From the NCBI RefSeq assembly GCF_030144855.1, contig NC_082717.1, positions 76,694,001 through 76,758,000 of the forward strand: 64,000 nucleotides of DNA, given 5' to 3'. Below the pieces are notes generated by a model. The model worked only from the letters and a program-made list of their open reading frames with translations. It was not told the origin of the DNA and ran no database searches. A program made the translations under genes and the position numbers. Source of the stretch: Hypanus sabinus (Eukaryota). Positions 12,608 to 22,722 of this stretch are shown here, in pieces; position 1 is the stretch's first letter; every line of letters begins with the position of its first letter.

Positions 12608-13135
12608 GAAGTGATTGGACCAAGACAGGGTAGTAGTGATGTTTATTCTTAGAAACTCAAAGATCTCATCCCTCTTGACCTCAGCACTGATGATGTAACC
12701 AGGAAAATGTGCACTGATTCCCTTCCTGAGCTCGTTGCCAGTGTAATGTATGGATCTATTTCTTCTAGAGCAATGACCTCCCCCTTAGCATATAAGTATT
12801 GATCTGTTCTCTGCACATGCGCTGTTGTCTACACTTGCACAGTGTTTTCTCTCTCTTCCCCGTTGCAATGTGCATACATCAGTTAAAGCCATCTCCCACA
12901 TCTGTGCTTTTAATTAATCGATATGTAGTTGTGCACAGATACAACAACCAGCTCTATTACTTTGCTGGGATTCAGGAAAATAATGACACCATATCACTCG
13001 GCTCTCTATTTCCTTGCTGTAGACTGACTTGTTGTCTAAGATATTACCCCCTATCGTGGTATCACCTGCAAACTTGTAGTTGGAGTTTGAGCAGAATGTG
13101 GCCATGCAGTTGTAAGCCACATAAAACAGCTCAGG
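12608..13135 (-). mobile_element. Old Rex1/Babar-type RT fragments (continue left of the pogo insertion near 11030-11090)
   Basis: YKFAGDTTI...YSKEIES.V.WC motif in ORF 12914-13138. Confidence 0.55.
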
Positions 13136-13710
13136 CATTAGATAACAACTAAACTAAATTTGATACAGTTATCCAGCAGAATTAAAAGTAATTGAGTTTT
13201 TAGCTGAATACACTAACTTTTAATTTGTTGATAGAGAAAAGGGGTAAAATCACCACATTTGCTAAAAATTCTGAGGCATATTCAAAGCTATAAAACTTTA
13301 CATCCTTGTCCTTAATTTGCTCTTGAGTTGTAAACCAAAAAGACAGTTCACAGTCTCATCATTCCTGCATGAGCCCATGTGTTAAAACATGCCATACATA
13401 ATGATTGCCTTCCGTGGGACAAGGGAGACTGTGGGAATGTGTACCATTCACAGAAGAATACCCAAAGTGAGAAAAATAACTAACTGACACATTGGGACAA
13501 TAAATCAATTACATTTTTATTACTGAAGGTGCAGCTTGATTTCCAGTCAGTTGCAGAACTAAAAATTTGAAAGTTTGTACATGTGATTGCCAACATTGGA
13601 CAGTTCCTTATTTAATTCTTTGACACCTTTACCCAACCACGAAACTCTGCCAATTCTAATCTTTTGCCACCTGTATGTATCTGTGGCATAGTGTTCTATG
13701 CTTTGATAGA

Positions 13711-14227
13711 ACAACGTACATCAGTCCACACTGTGATGGGACAGAGTGTATTAGTTCACACTGTTATGGGACGTTGTGTATCAGTCCACATTGTAATGGG
13801 ACGGTGTGTATCAGTCCACATTGTAATGGGATGGTGTGCATCAGTCCACATTGTAATGGGACGGTGTGTATCAGTCCACACTGTTATGAGATAGAGTGTA
13901 TGAGTCCACACTGTAATGGGACCATGTGTATCAGTCCACACTGTAATGGGACGGTGTGAATCAGTCCACACTGTGATGGGACCACGTGTATCAGTCCACA
14001 CTGTTATGAGATGGTGTGTATCAGTCCACACTGTAATGGGACCATGTGTATCAGTCCACACTGTAATGGGACGGTGTGAATCAGTTCACACTGTGATGGG
14101 ACGGTGTGTATCAGTCCACACTGTAATGGGACGGTGTGAATCAGTTCACACTGTGATGGGACGGTGTGTATCAGTCCACATTGTAATGGGACGGTGTGTA
14201 TCAGTCCACATTGTAATGGGACGGTGT
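13711..14227. repeat. 30-bp minisatellite, about 17 copies
   Basis: Consensus ACGGTGTGTATCAGTCCACACTGTAATGGG in exact 30-bp register. Confidence 0.97.
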
Positions 14228-14380
14228 CCATGTGCCTGTACTGTTACAGAACTGTGTGCATTAATCTATTTTGTGATTGGCTGTGTCAAATCTTCAGTCT
14301 CTGGAAGGTTAATGTAAACTCTATTTTGTGATGTTACTGGTGTGCTTTGTTTATGTTATTGACTAACTCAAATAGAATGA

Positions 14381-16065
14381 CTCTACCACCACTCTCCTCC
14401 GTCTAACGAAATTGGTTCTTACTCTGAATAATTTCTCCTTTGGCTCCTCCCACTTCCTCCAAACCAAGGGTGTAGCCATGGGCACCCGTATGGGTCCCAG
14501 TTATGCCTGCCTTTTTGTTTGCTTTCTGGAACAGTCCATGTTCCAAGTCTATACCGGTATCCATCCCCCTCTTTTCCTTCGCTACATCAACGACTGCATT
14601 TGCGCTGCCTCCTGCACGCATGCTGAGCTCGTCGACTTCATTAACTTTGCCTCCAACTTTCACCCTGCCCTCAAATTTACCTGGTCCATTTCCGACACTC
14701 CCTCTCCTTTCTTGATCTTTCTGTCTCCATCTCTGGAGATGGCCTATCTACTGATATCTACTATAACCCTACAGACTCTCACAGCTACCTGGACTATTCC
14801 TCTTCCCACCCTGTCTCTTGCAAAAATGCTATCCCCTTCTCACAATTCCTCCGTCTCCGCGGCATCTGCTCTCAAGATGAAGCTTTTCATTCCAGGACGA
14901 AGGAGATGTCTTCCTTTTTTAAACAAAGGGGCTTCCCTTCTTCCACCATCAATTCTGCTCTCAAATGCATCTCTCCCATTTCCCGCACATCTGCCCTCAC
15001 CCCATCCACCCGCCACCCCACTTGGGATAGAGTTCCCCTTGTCCTCACCTACCACCCTACCAGCCACCAGGTCCAACGTATAATTCTCCGTAATTTCTGC
15101 CACCTCCAACGGGATCCCACTACCAAGCACATCTTTCCCTCCTCCTCTTTCTGATTTCCACAGGGATCGCTCCCTACGTGACTCCCTTGTCCACTCATCC
15201 CCCCCATCCCTTCCCCTTGATCTCCCTACTGGCACTTATCCTTGTAAACGGAACAAGTGCTACACCTGCCCTTACACTTCCTCCCTCACCACCATTCAGG
15301 GCCCAGACAGTCCTTCCAGGTGAGGCGACACTTCACCTGTGAGTCGGCTGGTGTGGTATACTGCGTCCGGTGCTCCCGGTGTGGCCTTTTATATATTGGT
15401 GAGACCTGACACATACTGGGGGACTGTTTTGCTGAACACCTACGCTTGGTTCGCCAGAGAAAGCAGGATCTCTCACTGGCCACACATTTTAATTTCACGT
15501 CCCATTCCCATTCTGATATGTCTATCCATGGCCTCCTCTACTGTCAAGATGAATCCACACTCAGGTTGGAGGAACAACACCTTATATACTGGCTGGGTAG
15601 CCTCCAACCTGATGGCATGAACATTGACTTCTCTAACTTCCGTTAATGTCCCTCCTCCCCTTCTTACCCTATCCCTGACATATTTAGTTGTTAATTTTTT
15701 TTCTCTCTCTCTCTGCCCATCGCCCTGCCTGTTCTCCATCTCCCTCTGGTGCTCCCCCCCCCTTTCTTTCTCCTGAGGCCTCCTGTCCCATGATCCTTTC
15801 CCTTCTCCAGCTCTGTATCACTTTCGCCAATCACCTTTCCAGCTCTTCATCCCACCCCCTCCGGTCTTCTCCTATCATTTTGCATTTCCCCCTCCCCCCA
15901 CTACTTTCAAATCACATAGTATCTCTCCTTTCAGTTAGTCCGAATGAAGCGTCTCGGCCTGAAACGTCGACAGTGTTTCTCCCTATAGATGCTGCCTGCT
16001 GTGTTCCACCAGCATTTTGTGTGTGTTGTTTGAATTTCCAGCATCTGCAGATTTCCTTGTGTTTG
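14381..16065 (+). mobile_element. Penelope-like retroelement (Neptune type), 5'-truncated, decayed RT + GIY-YIG
   Basis: RT motifs QTKGVAMGTRMGPSYA and LRYIND; Cys linker PCKRNKCYTC; VVYCVRCSRCGLLYIGET (GIY-YIG); 14-bp TSD CTCAAATAGAATGA (14367-80, 16066-79). Confidence 0.95.
15938..15971 (+). ncRNA. Minimal hammerhead ribozyme motif, core mutated
   Basis: gtc-CGAATGA (for CTGATGA)-agcgtctcggcct-GAAAC-GTC-gac. Confidence 0.6.
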
Positions 16066-16511
16066 CTCAAATAGAATGAGTTCAATTTCCTGTCTGATTT
16101 GCAGAGGTCAGGTGGAATTTTGTAAAATTGAAATGGTGGAAAATGAACTGATTGGGGAACTCCTTAGATTTTGAATAAAATGTGTTGGTTTAGCAGGAAA
16201 TAATTTTTTTTTGAGAAAAATTTGCAGAATATCTAAGTTACTTGCTTATTCCAAGTCTAACTTTTAGATTGACTTCATGGGATCAAGACAGGTTCAGTTT
16301 GTTGGGATAAGCCCTTGTGTTTTGCAGAAGTGTTTTCTCACAGATATTTACGTAGGAAATACAGCACAGAAATAGGTCATTTGGCAGAATCAATTCCTGT
16401 TGAGATTTATTCTCCATATGCACCATTGTTCTGCACTTCAATAGTCACTGTGTTTATGTACTTGCTAGCATCACCTTAAATCTGTGCTGTTCATTTCGAG
16501 CACTCCCAGTA

Positions 16512-16682
16512 CAACATAGAACATAGAAAACTACAGCACATTACAGGCCCTCCGGCCCACAATGTTGTGCTGACCATGTAACCTACTCTAGAAACTGCCT
16601 AGAATTTCCCTACTGCATAGCCCTCTATTTTGCTAAGCTCCATGTACCTATCTACGAGTCTTTTAAAAGACCATATTGCATC
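16512..16682 (-). mobile_element. CR1 3' end
   Basis: AACATAG tail repeats and 3'UTR similar to 32016-32170. Confidence 0.7.
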
Positions 16683-17342
16683 CAGTGTGGGAATAAAAGG
16701 GGCTTTATCTAGTTGGTTCCCATGACTAGCGGTGTGCCACAGGGGTTAGTGTTGGGACCGCTTCTTTTCATGTTTTTGTCAATGATTTAGGTGATGGAAT
16801 TGATGGCTTTTTGTAAAGTTTGCGGCTGATACAAAGATAAGTTGAGCAGTAGGTGGTGTTGAGGAAACCATGAGTCTGCAGAAGGATTTAGATAGATTGG
16901 GAGAATAGGCAAAAAAGTGGCAAATGGAACATAGTATAGGGATAGTATAGTCATACACTTTGGTAAAACGAATAAAGGTGTAGATTAGTTTCTAAATGGG
17001 GAGAAAATTCAAAAATCAGAGCTGCAAATGGAATTCAGGTCCTTGTGCAGGACTCTTTAAGGGTTAACTTGCAGGTTGAGTCAGGCAAATGCAATGTCAG
17101 CTTTCATTTTGAGAGAATTACAACATAAAAGCAACAATGTAAAGCTAAGGCTTTTAAAGTTCATGAGAATGATTGCAGGAATGAAAGAGTGCAGGTATGA
17201 GGAGAGTTTGAGGCTCTGGCCCTGTACCCACTGGAATTGAGAATAATGAGGGGGTATCTCATTGACACATTTAAAGCAGAGGTTGATAGGTTCTTGAGGA
17301 GTCAGCATGTCAAAGGTTATGGGGAGAAGGCAGTAGAATGAG
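16683..17342 (+). mobile_element. Decayed CR1 RT C-terminal fragment
   Basis: SGVPQG.VLGPLLF..., KFAADTK, LQKDLDRL readable across frameshifts. Confidence 0.75.
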
Positions 17343-17420
17343 GTCTAAGTCAGTCAGTGTTTGCAGAAAGAGAAATAGGGTCAATGTGTCCCTTCATCCG
17401 AACTGGAAAAATGAGAATAT

Positions 17421-19740
17421 TGTAGTGCTTGGGGGTTGGGGGGTATGATCAACAGCCCACCCCAGCATTCCTAGTGGCCAGCGCTATTTATTCTTTGCAT
17501 TTTAAAATGCTTTCCTGGGATTATGGTGGGATGTCCAAGTTCATTTATTGTTGCATTTCAGCTGGCTTTATGCAGTTATTCGCATGTGTGTTTGTGGGTC
17601 ACCCTGACTGCAATAATCACCTCCCTTGTCTGCATGTGCTTGAGTGGGTTCTCTCCCTGGGTCATAACACCCGGTCTGTTTTTGTGCCTGCCGCAATAAA
17701 ATCAGCAGTAGAGCTAAATGAGCTTTTCTCACCTTTCGTCATGGACCGCACGCTCATCACATTGGTGTCAGGAGTGGGATTAAAAATTAAGGGCGAGATT
17801 GAGCAGCTACGATGTTGGATGAAGGACCTTAAAACCCAGTGAATAAGTGGAGCGACTGAACACTATGCCTTCCTTCAACCCCTGGGACATGCCCCCAAAG
17901 ACGGGACGCTGACCTAGACAGAGGTTCTGGAAACTGGGCTTCATGCTTCCTAGGGAACCCTGATGGGGTGAGCGTACCAAGATTCCCCAACCCGGCAGAC
18001 GTGGCGGGGCACATCTCCCATCTCCATTATGGCCCACACCGAGGAACTCAATATACCACAGCCATGGGAGGAGGGGAACCATGAGAGGCAGCACCAACGC
18101 CACAGGACCAAGAGGAAGACCAATGGGCCTCAGTAATTCACACTACAAGGTCCAAACAGAGCACCCCAGGTACAATGGTGCCAGCTCTCTGGAGCCCTAC
18201 CTGGTGCAAGTCAAACTTGCAGGTGGAGCCCCACTGAGACAGCGGTGCACCTTGCCCTGGTGCTGGAGGGGGATGCTCTGCCAAGCCTCCTCGACCTAAC
18301 GCCAGCTGAGTAGCGTGACTACAGGGCTTTTGTTAGTGGCACTGGAGCAGCATTTCATGCAATGAGGAGGCAATGAGGGAGAAACTGTTCAGCAGGCAGC
18401 GTTGTGCGGGAGAAGGCCTTGGGGTGTTTGCAGCAGACCTCTGCCCCCAGCTACCCCCAGCTCCCTCCCACGGCACAGGTGGTGCTTGCCTCCCGGTGGG
18501 TGTAGCTACAACAGCCACCGGCCTCACTGCAGCTCGCTGCAGTGCAGCACCCCCCTCAGCAGCCCAATGCAACCCAGCGGAACCAAGGGCAAGTGATGCT
18601 TCAGGTTGCAGCCAGCGGTGATGTCGATCTCCCCACCGTGGACCAGCAGCAGGAGAGCGATCCCGTGCTGACCCGGGTGAGGGGTGGTCTGAGCGTGGGA
18701 TGGTGGTCAGAGTGGGCAGAGGTCTCCGCCCTGCATCCAGACACCAAAGTCCCATGCTCTTGGTGGGGCACGCTGGAAAAGCGCGACGGGTCGCTGTTCC
18801 GGTGGTGACTCTCTTCTGATGACGACAGGCATTTCCTGTAGCGAGTGGTCCCTTGAGGGCTCTATGCAAGGGGCTGGCCATTTTGGGGTTGCAATAATGT
18901 TGGGAAAGATGCGTGAAGGCTTCTGTCGGCCTGGGTGCAGGCAGGAGCTGTCTGGGCACTACTGCAATGCTTGCACGTCCCAGAAGGGGCCAGGCCACCA
19001 ATCTAGGCACCAGTGCAGCAGTACCTGGTGGGGGGGCTCCTGTATGTGTCCACAGCCCCAGCTAGGACTCTCCCCCAAGCTTAGAAACCATTGGAAAGGG
19101 CAAGGAGAGGTGCTTGACTGCATCCCTGATATGGTATACTGGGTGTGGTTGCCTGAGTGGTGGAAGGCAATTGTGCTGCACCGGGACTGGCTGACACCTT
19201 ATCGACCCTCAGTGAAGCCGAAGGAAGGAAGTGACTCTTGCCTCACCAAACAGTGCCTCCCATGGCGAGGCTACTGACACCCCATGGTGCCCCATGTAGT
19301 GTTATCGACCACCTCCAGGACTTTTGGACTGTTGTGGACTCTGGGGCTGCTGGAGATGGCTGAACCTTCAAGTGGGGGCAGTGTACAACTCGGGGGGGGG
19401 GGGGGGGTTGTATCGTCGATAGCCTACACCAGAGTTCCTATGGCCAGCACTACTTATCGTTCTAGTCTTAAAGTGCATTTGTGGGATCACGCTGGGCTGT
19501 CCAAGTTCACTTATAGTTACATTTTAGCTCAGGTTATACAGTTATTTGCTTGGGTGTTTGTGGGTCACCCTGACTGTAACTGGGGTGTGTTATAATCACC
19601 TGCCCTGTCTGTATGTGACTGAGTGGGTTTTCTCCCCGGGTCATGGCACCTGGTCTGTTTTTGTGTTTGTTGCAATAAAACTGTCAGTTGAGTTAAACGA
19701 GCTTCTCTTGACTGAAATCATGGACTGTATACTCGTCACA
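17421..19740 (+). mobile_element. Internally deleted Gypsy/Ty3 LTR retrotransposon (gag and integrase remnants only)
   Basis: LTRs 17421-17761 and 19382-19740 (TG...CA); 4-bp TSD ATAT; PBS; purine tract before the 3' LTR; gag-like PRYNGASSLEPYLVQVKLA; integrase GHFGV...CNAC and SPKL..HWKG...VLHRD.L.PY. Confidence 0.9.
17763..17781 (+). promoter_or_regulatory. Primer binding site complementary to tRNA-Leu 3' end
   Basis: TGGTGTCAGGAGTGGGATT, 1 nt after the 5' LTR; reverse complement of ...AATCCCACTCCTGACACCA as recalled for vertebrate tRNA-Leu(CAG). Confidence 0.85.
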
Positions 19741-20092
19741 ATATGTATGTTTTAAGTTGCAGAAACACAGAAGAGTGAAGAGTACAGAGGGCATGTCAGT
19801 GGTAGAGTTGTCAAGGAAATGATTCCTTTACATACCACCAGTTAGTGACAGAGGAGAAAAGAAAGAAATTGCAATTCAAATATTCATCAACCTCTATGGA
19901 AGTAATGCTGGTGGATGAAAATTGTTGAAAGGAGGCTTTTGTACTCACTTCTCCAATTAAATCTGTTTCTTTCTCTGTGGATGCTGCCTGACTTGGTGTA
20001 TAATTCCTTGGACACTCTCTATGCCCCTTCTTAAATATACTGTAAGTATGTTAGTTATTGGCAGGTCATCTGGAGTGGCACCCTCCGCTAAA

Positions 20093-21179
20093 GGTTCATT
20101 TATTATTATCAAAGCATATATCCATGTACAATTCTGAAATGTGTATTCTCCAGATAGCCATGAAACAAAGAACATGAAATTCTTTCAGAGAGAAACATCA
20201 AACCCACCCCCATACAACAAAAACGGCATCCTGATGATCAGCCCCCCCAAAAACCCCCTCCCCTGCACAAAATGGAACAAGAACATCAACCCCCCCCCCC
20301 AAAACAAAACCTCCTCCACATAAAAAAACTAATAGAACACAATAGAACATTAGCCCCCGAACACTCTACCCTCGCACAGCAAAACAAAAAGGAACAGGAG
20401 ATAAAAAACACAGAATATAAAAACCATGTCTGAAAGAGTCCATAAACACAATAGTCCAATCCTTAAGCACAGACCCATGATACCATCCTCTGATATCACC
20501 GACATTCATCGAAAGAGAGGGACACCACACGAGGAGAAGAGGCCCACCTGCCTGCCACAGTGAGCCACACAGCGATAGGCCACTCACAGACTCCTTCTCC
20601 ATCACCGATCAAAACGCAGGCAGTTGGCAGTGAAACTCTTGCTTGCCTTCTGCATTCGCCTCGATGTCTCAGTCTTCCTTAATGCAATAAACAGTGAAAC
20701 AGAGTTGAACGTTGGCACACGCCCCGACTCAAAGTTTCTTCACGTCAAGTACGTGCTTGCTTCCCGGAATCTTCTCGTAGCCGGCAAAGCGCTGGATCAC
20801 CCAAATGATCGCCAAGCTGTAAATTGCAGGCTCTATCAGTCCCAGAAACACACTTAAGATGAAAAGCAGGTGTAAAAGAAGTTAAAAAGCTATTTTCATG
20901 AGCTATCTGTAATATGTCAACCAAGGGAGCATTGTATATTGGCAACACACACAAAATGCTGGTGGAAAACAGCAGGCCGGGCAGCGTCTATCAGGAGAAG
21001 CACTGTCGACGTTTCGGGCCAATACCCTGACGAAGGGTCTCAGCCTGAAATGTCAACAGTGTTTCTCCCTATAGATGCTGCCTGGCCTGCTGCGTTCCAC
21101 AAGCATTTTGTGCGTGTGTTGTCTGAATTTCCAGCATCTGCAGATTTCCTCGTGATTGTATATTGCCACTATCTTGACC
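20093..21179 (-). mobile_element. Non-coding LINE-derived (Rex1-tail) non-autonomous element, interrupted by the Penelope foldback
   Basis: 3' end AATAAATGAACC on minus; both ends resemble 51035-51850; no coding capacity. Confidence 0.5.
20942..21154 (+). mobile_element. Penelope-derived foldback (inverted-duplication) insertion containing a hammerhead motif
   Basis: Inverted arms 20942-21028 / 21034-21122, 5-nt loop GACGA; 11-bp TSD ATTGTATATTG (20931-41, 21155-65). Confidence 0.9.
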
Positions 21180-21289
21180 AGAACCTCTTTCTTAGATCTT
21201 TTTAAAATCTGTGAAATTACACCAGGGATTTTGAAAATCTTTTTTCAGCTTTAGATCATGAACTTGGTGATCTACACAGGGTATTTTTA

Positions 21290-21600
21290 ATACTACACTC
21301 TTCTCACTGAGTGAAATGAATAATTGCGAGAGCTGATCGATTGGATATACAGCCTCTGAGCTGGACGTAAAAATCCTGCAGCACTGTTTCAAGGAAGCTC
21401 AAGGATGTTTCTTCAATGGGCATCAGTAAAGAAGCCCCTTACCTGGGCAATGTCATATTTGTGCCTTGTTGCCATGTGCAGGCAGGCCGATTGCACTTCC
21501 TATATTACAATGGTGATACACTTCCAAGGTACATTATTTGACTGTTAAGGACATTGGGACAATATAAGGTGCTATAAAAAAGCAAATCCTTATTTTTCAT
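21290..21600 (+). mobile_element. Ancient Deu-domain-like SINE relic with L2-type tail
   Basis: ggacgtaaaaatcctgcagcactgtttcaag...cctatattacaatggtgatacacttc...ggtgctataaaaaagcaaatc resembles the SacSINE1/AmnSINE1 body and tail as recalled. Confidence 0.45.
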
Positions 21601-22069
21601 AGATCTGTTTAATGTATTTGATTCATTGAAGCAAATTCTTCTTGCTGTATGTGCCTGGGTCTGAAAATCCAGTTACAACGACCCTCCACTAACCACAGTT
21701 AGTGGTGAAATTGCTCTGCTTTTATTCCGAGAAGCTCCAGTTCCCGTCACAAGCTTGTTTCTTCTGAATAATATAATTTTTGTATGCATTCATCTCTCAT
21801 ATAGGGAGTGGGGAAACGTTCTATTATTTCAGGTTGACACCTAAATGACAGCATGTATTTTCTGCATGTATATAACTCTATCTGCCTTGTTTGATACTCA
21901 TGACAAACTTCTAAGTTTGCGTTACCGTCAGTGATTTCTTCTTTTTGCCATCTATGGTATCTGCTATGTTGCCATTCGTTCATTTTCAACAGTCTAATGG
22001 ATAATTTTACCTTGGTCGGACTGAATACCACAAAACCAAAAAAATACCAGTAATGAAAACATGATCAAG

Positions 22070-22722
22070 TGAATTGACTTTATTACTTCCATTCTTCATA
22101 TACATGAGGGGTAAAAACCTTTTTGTTACGTCTCCGTCTAAAGATGCAATGTGCAATTTATAGTAATTTGTCACAAATAGTATGTATAGCAGGACAGTCA
22201 ATATAACATAAAAAGACAACTGTATCAACGTGAATTAATCAGTCCAATGGCCTGGTTGTAGAAGCTGTCCCGGAGCTTGTTCGATCTGGCTTTCATGCTG
22301 TGGTACCATTTCCTGGATGGTAGCAGCTGGAACAGTTTGTGGTTGGGGTGACTCAGGTCCCCAATGATCTTTCAGGCCCTTTTTACACACCTGTCTTTGT
22401 AAATGTCCTGAATGGTGGTAAGTTCACATCTACAGATACGCTGCAGAGTCTTGTGATTGAGGGAAGTACAGTTCCCATACCAGGCAGTGATGCAGCCAGT
22501 CAGGATGTTCTCAATTGTGCCCCTGTAGAAAGTTCTTAGGATTTGGGGGGCCCATACCAAACTTCTTCAACAGACACCACACAGCCGGTATGTACAGCCC
22601 ACGGTAGATCCTCGGTGATGTGTATGCCGAGGAACTTAAAGCTGTTCACCCTCTCAACCCCAGATCCATTGATGTCAATAGGGGTTAGCCTGTGTCCATT
22701 CCTCCTGTAGTCCACAGCCAGC
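22070..22722 (-). mobile_element. Rex1/Babar-type LINE 3' portion
   Basis: ILRTFYRGTIENILTGCITAWYGNC matches the C-terminus of the 29824 ORF; AATAAA followed by a short-repeat tail. Confidence 0.8.

Noticed and set aside
13729-14160. CACTGTG heptamers resembling V(D)J recombination signals
   Set aside because: They are variants of the minisatellite unit; no nonamer at 12/23 spacing and no Ig/TCR segments seen.
13664-14317. CRISPR-like array or repeat-protein ORFs (VSVHTVMGRC)n
   Set aside because: Head-to-tail 30-bp units with no unique spacers, no cas genes, eukaryotic context; the ORFs arise because the unit is a multiple of 3.
17763-17781. tRNA gene fragment
   Set aside because: Includes the complement of the post-transcriptional CCA and abuts an LTR, so it is a primer binding site, not a tRNA gene.
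18333-19010. 225-aa minus-strand ORF
   Set aside because: Antisense to the GC-rich decayed Gypsy interior; no motifs.
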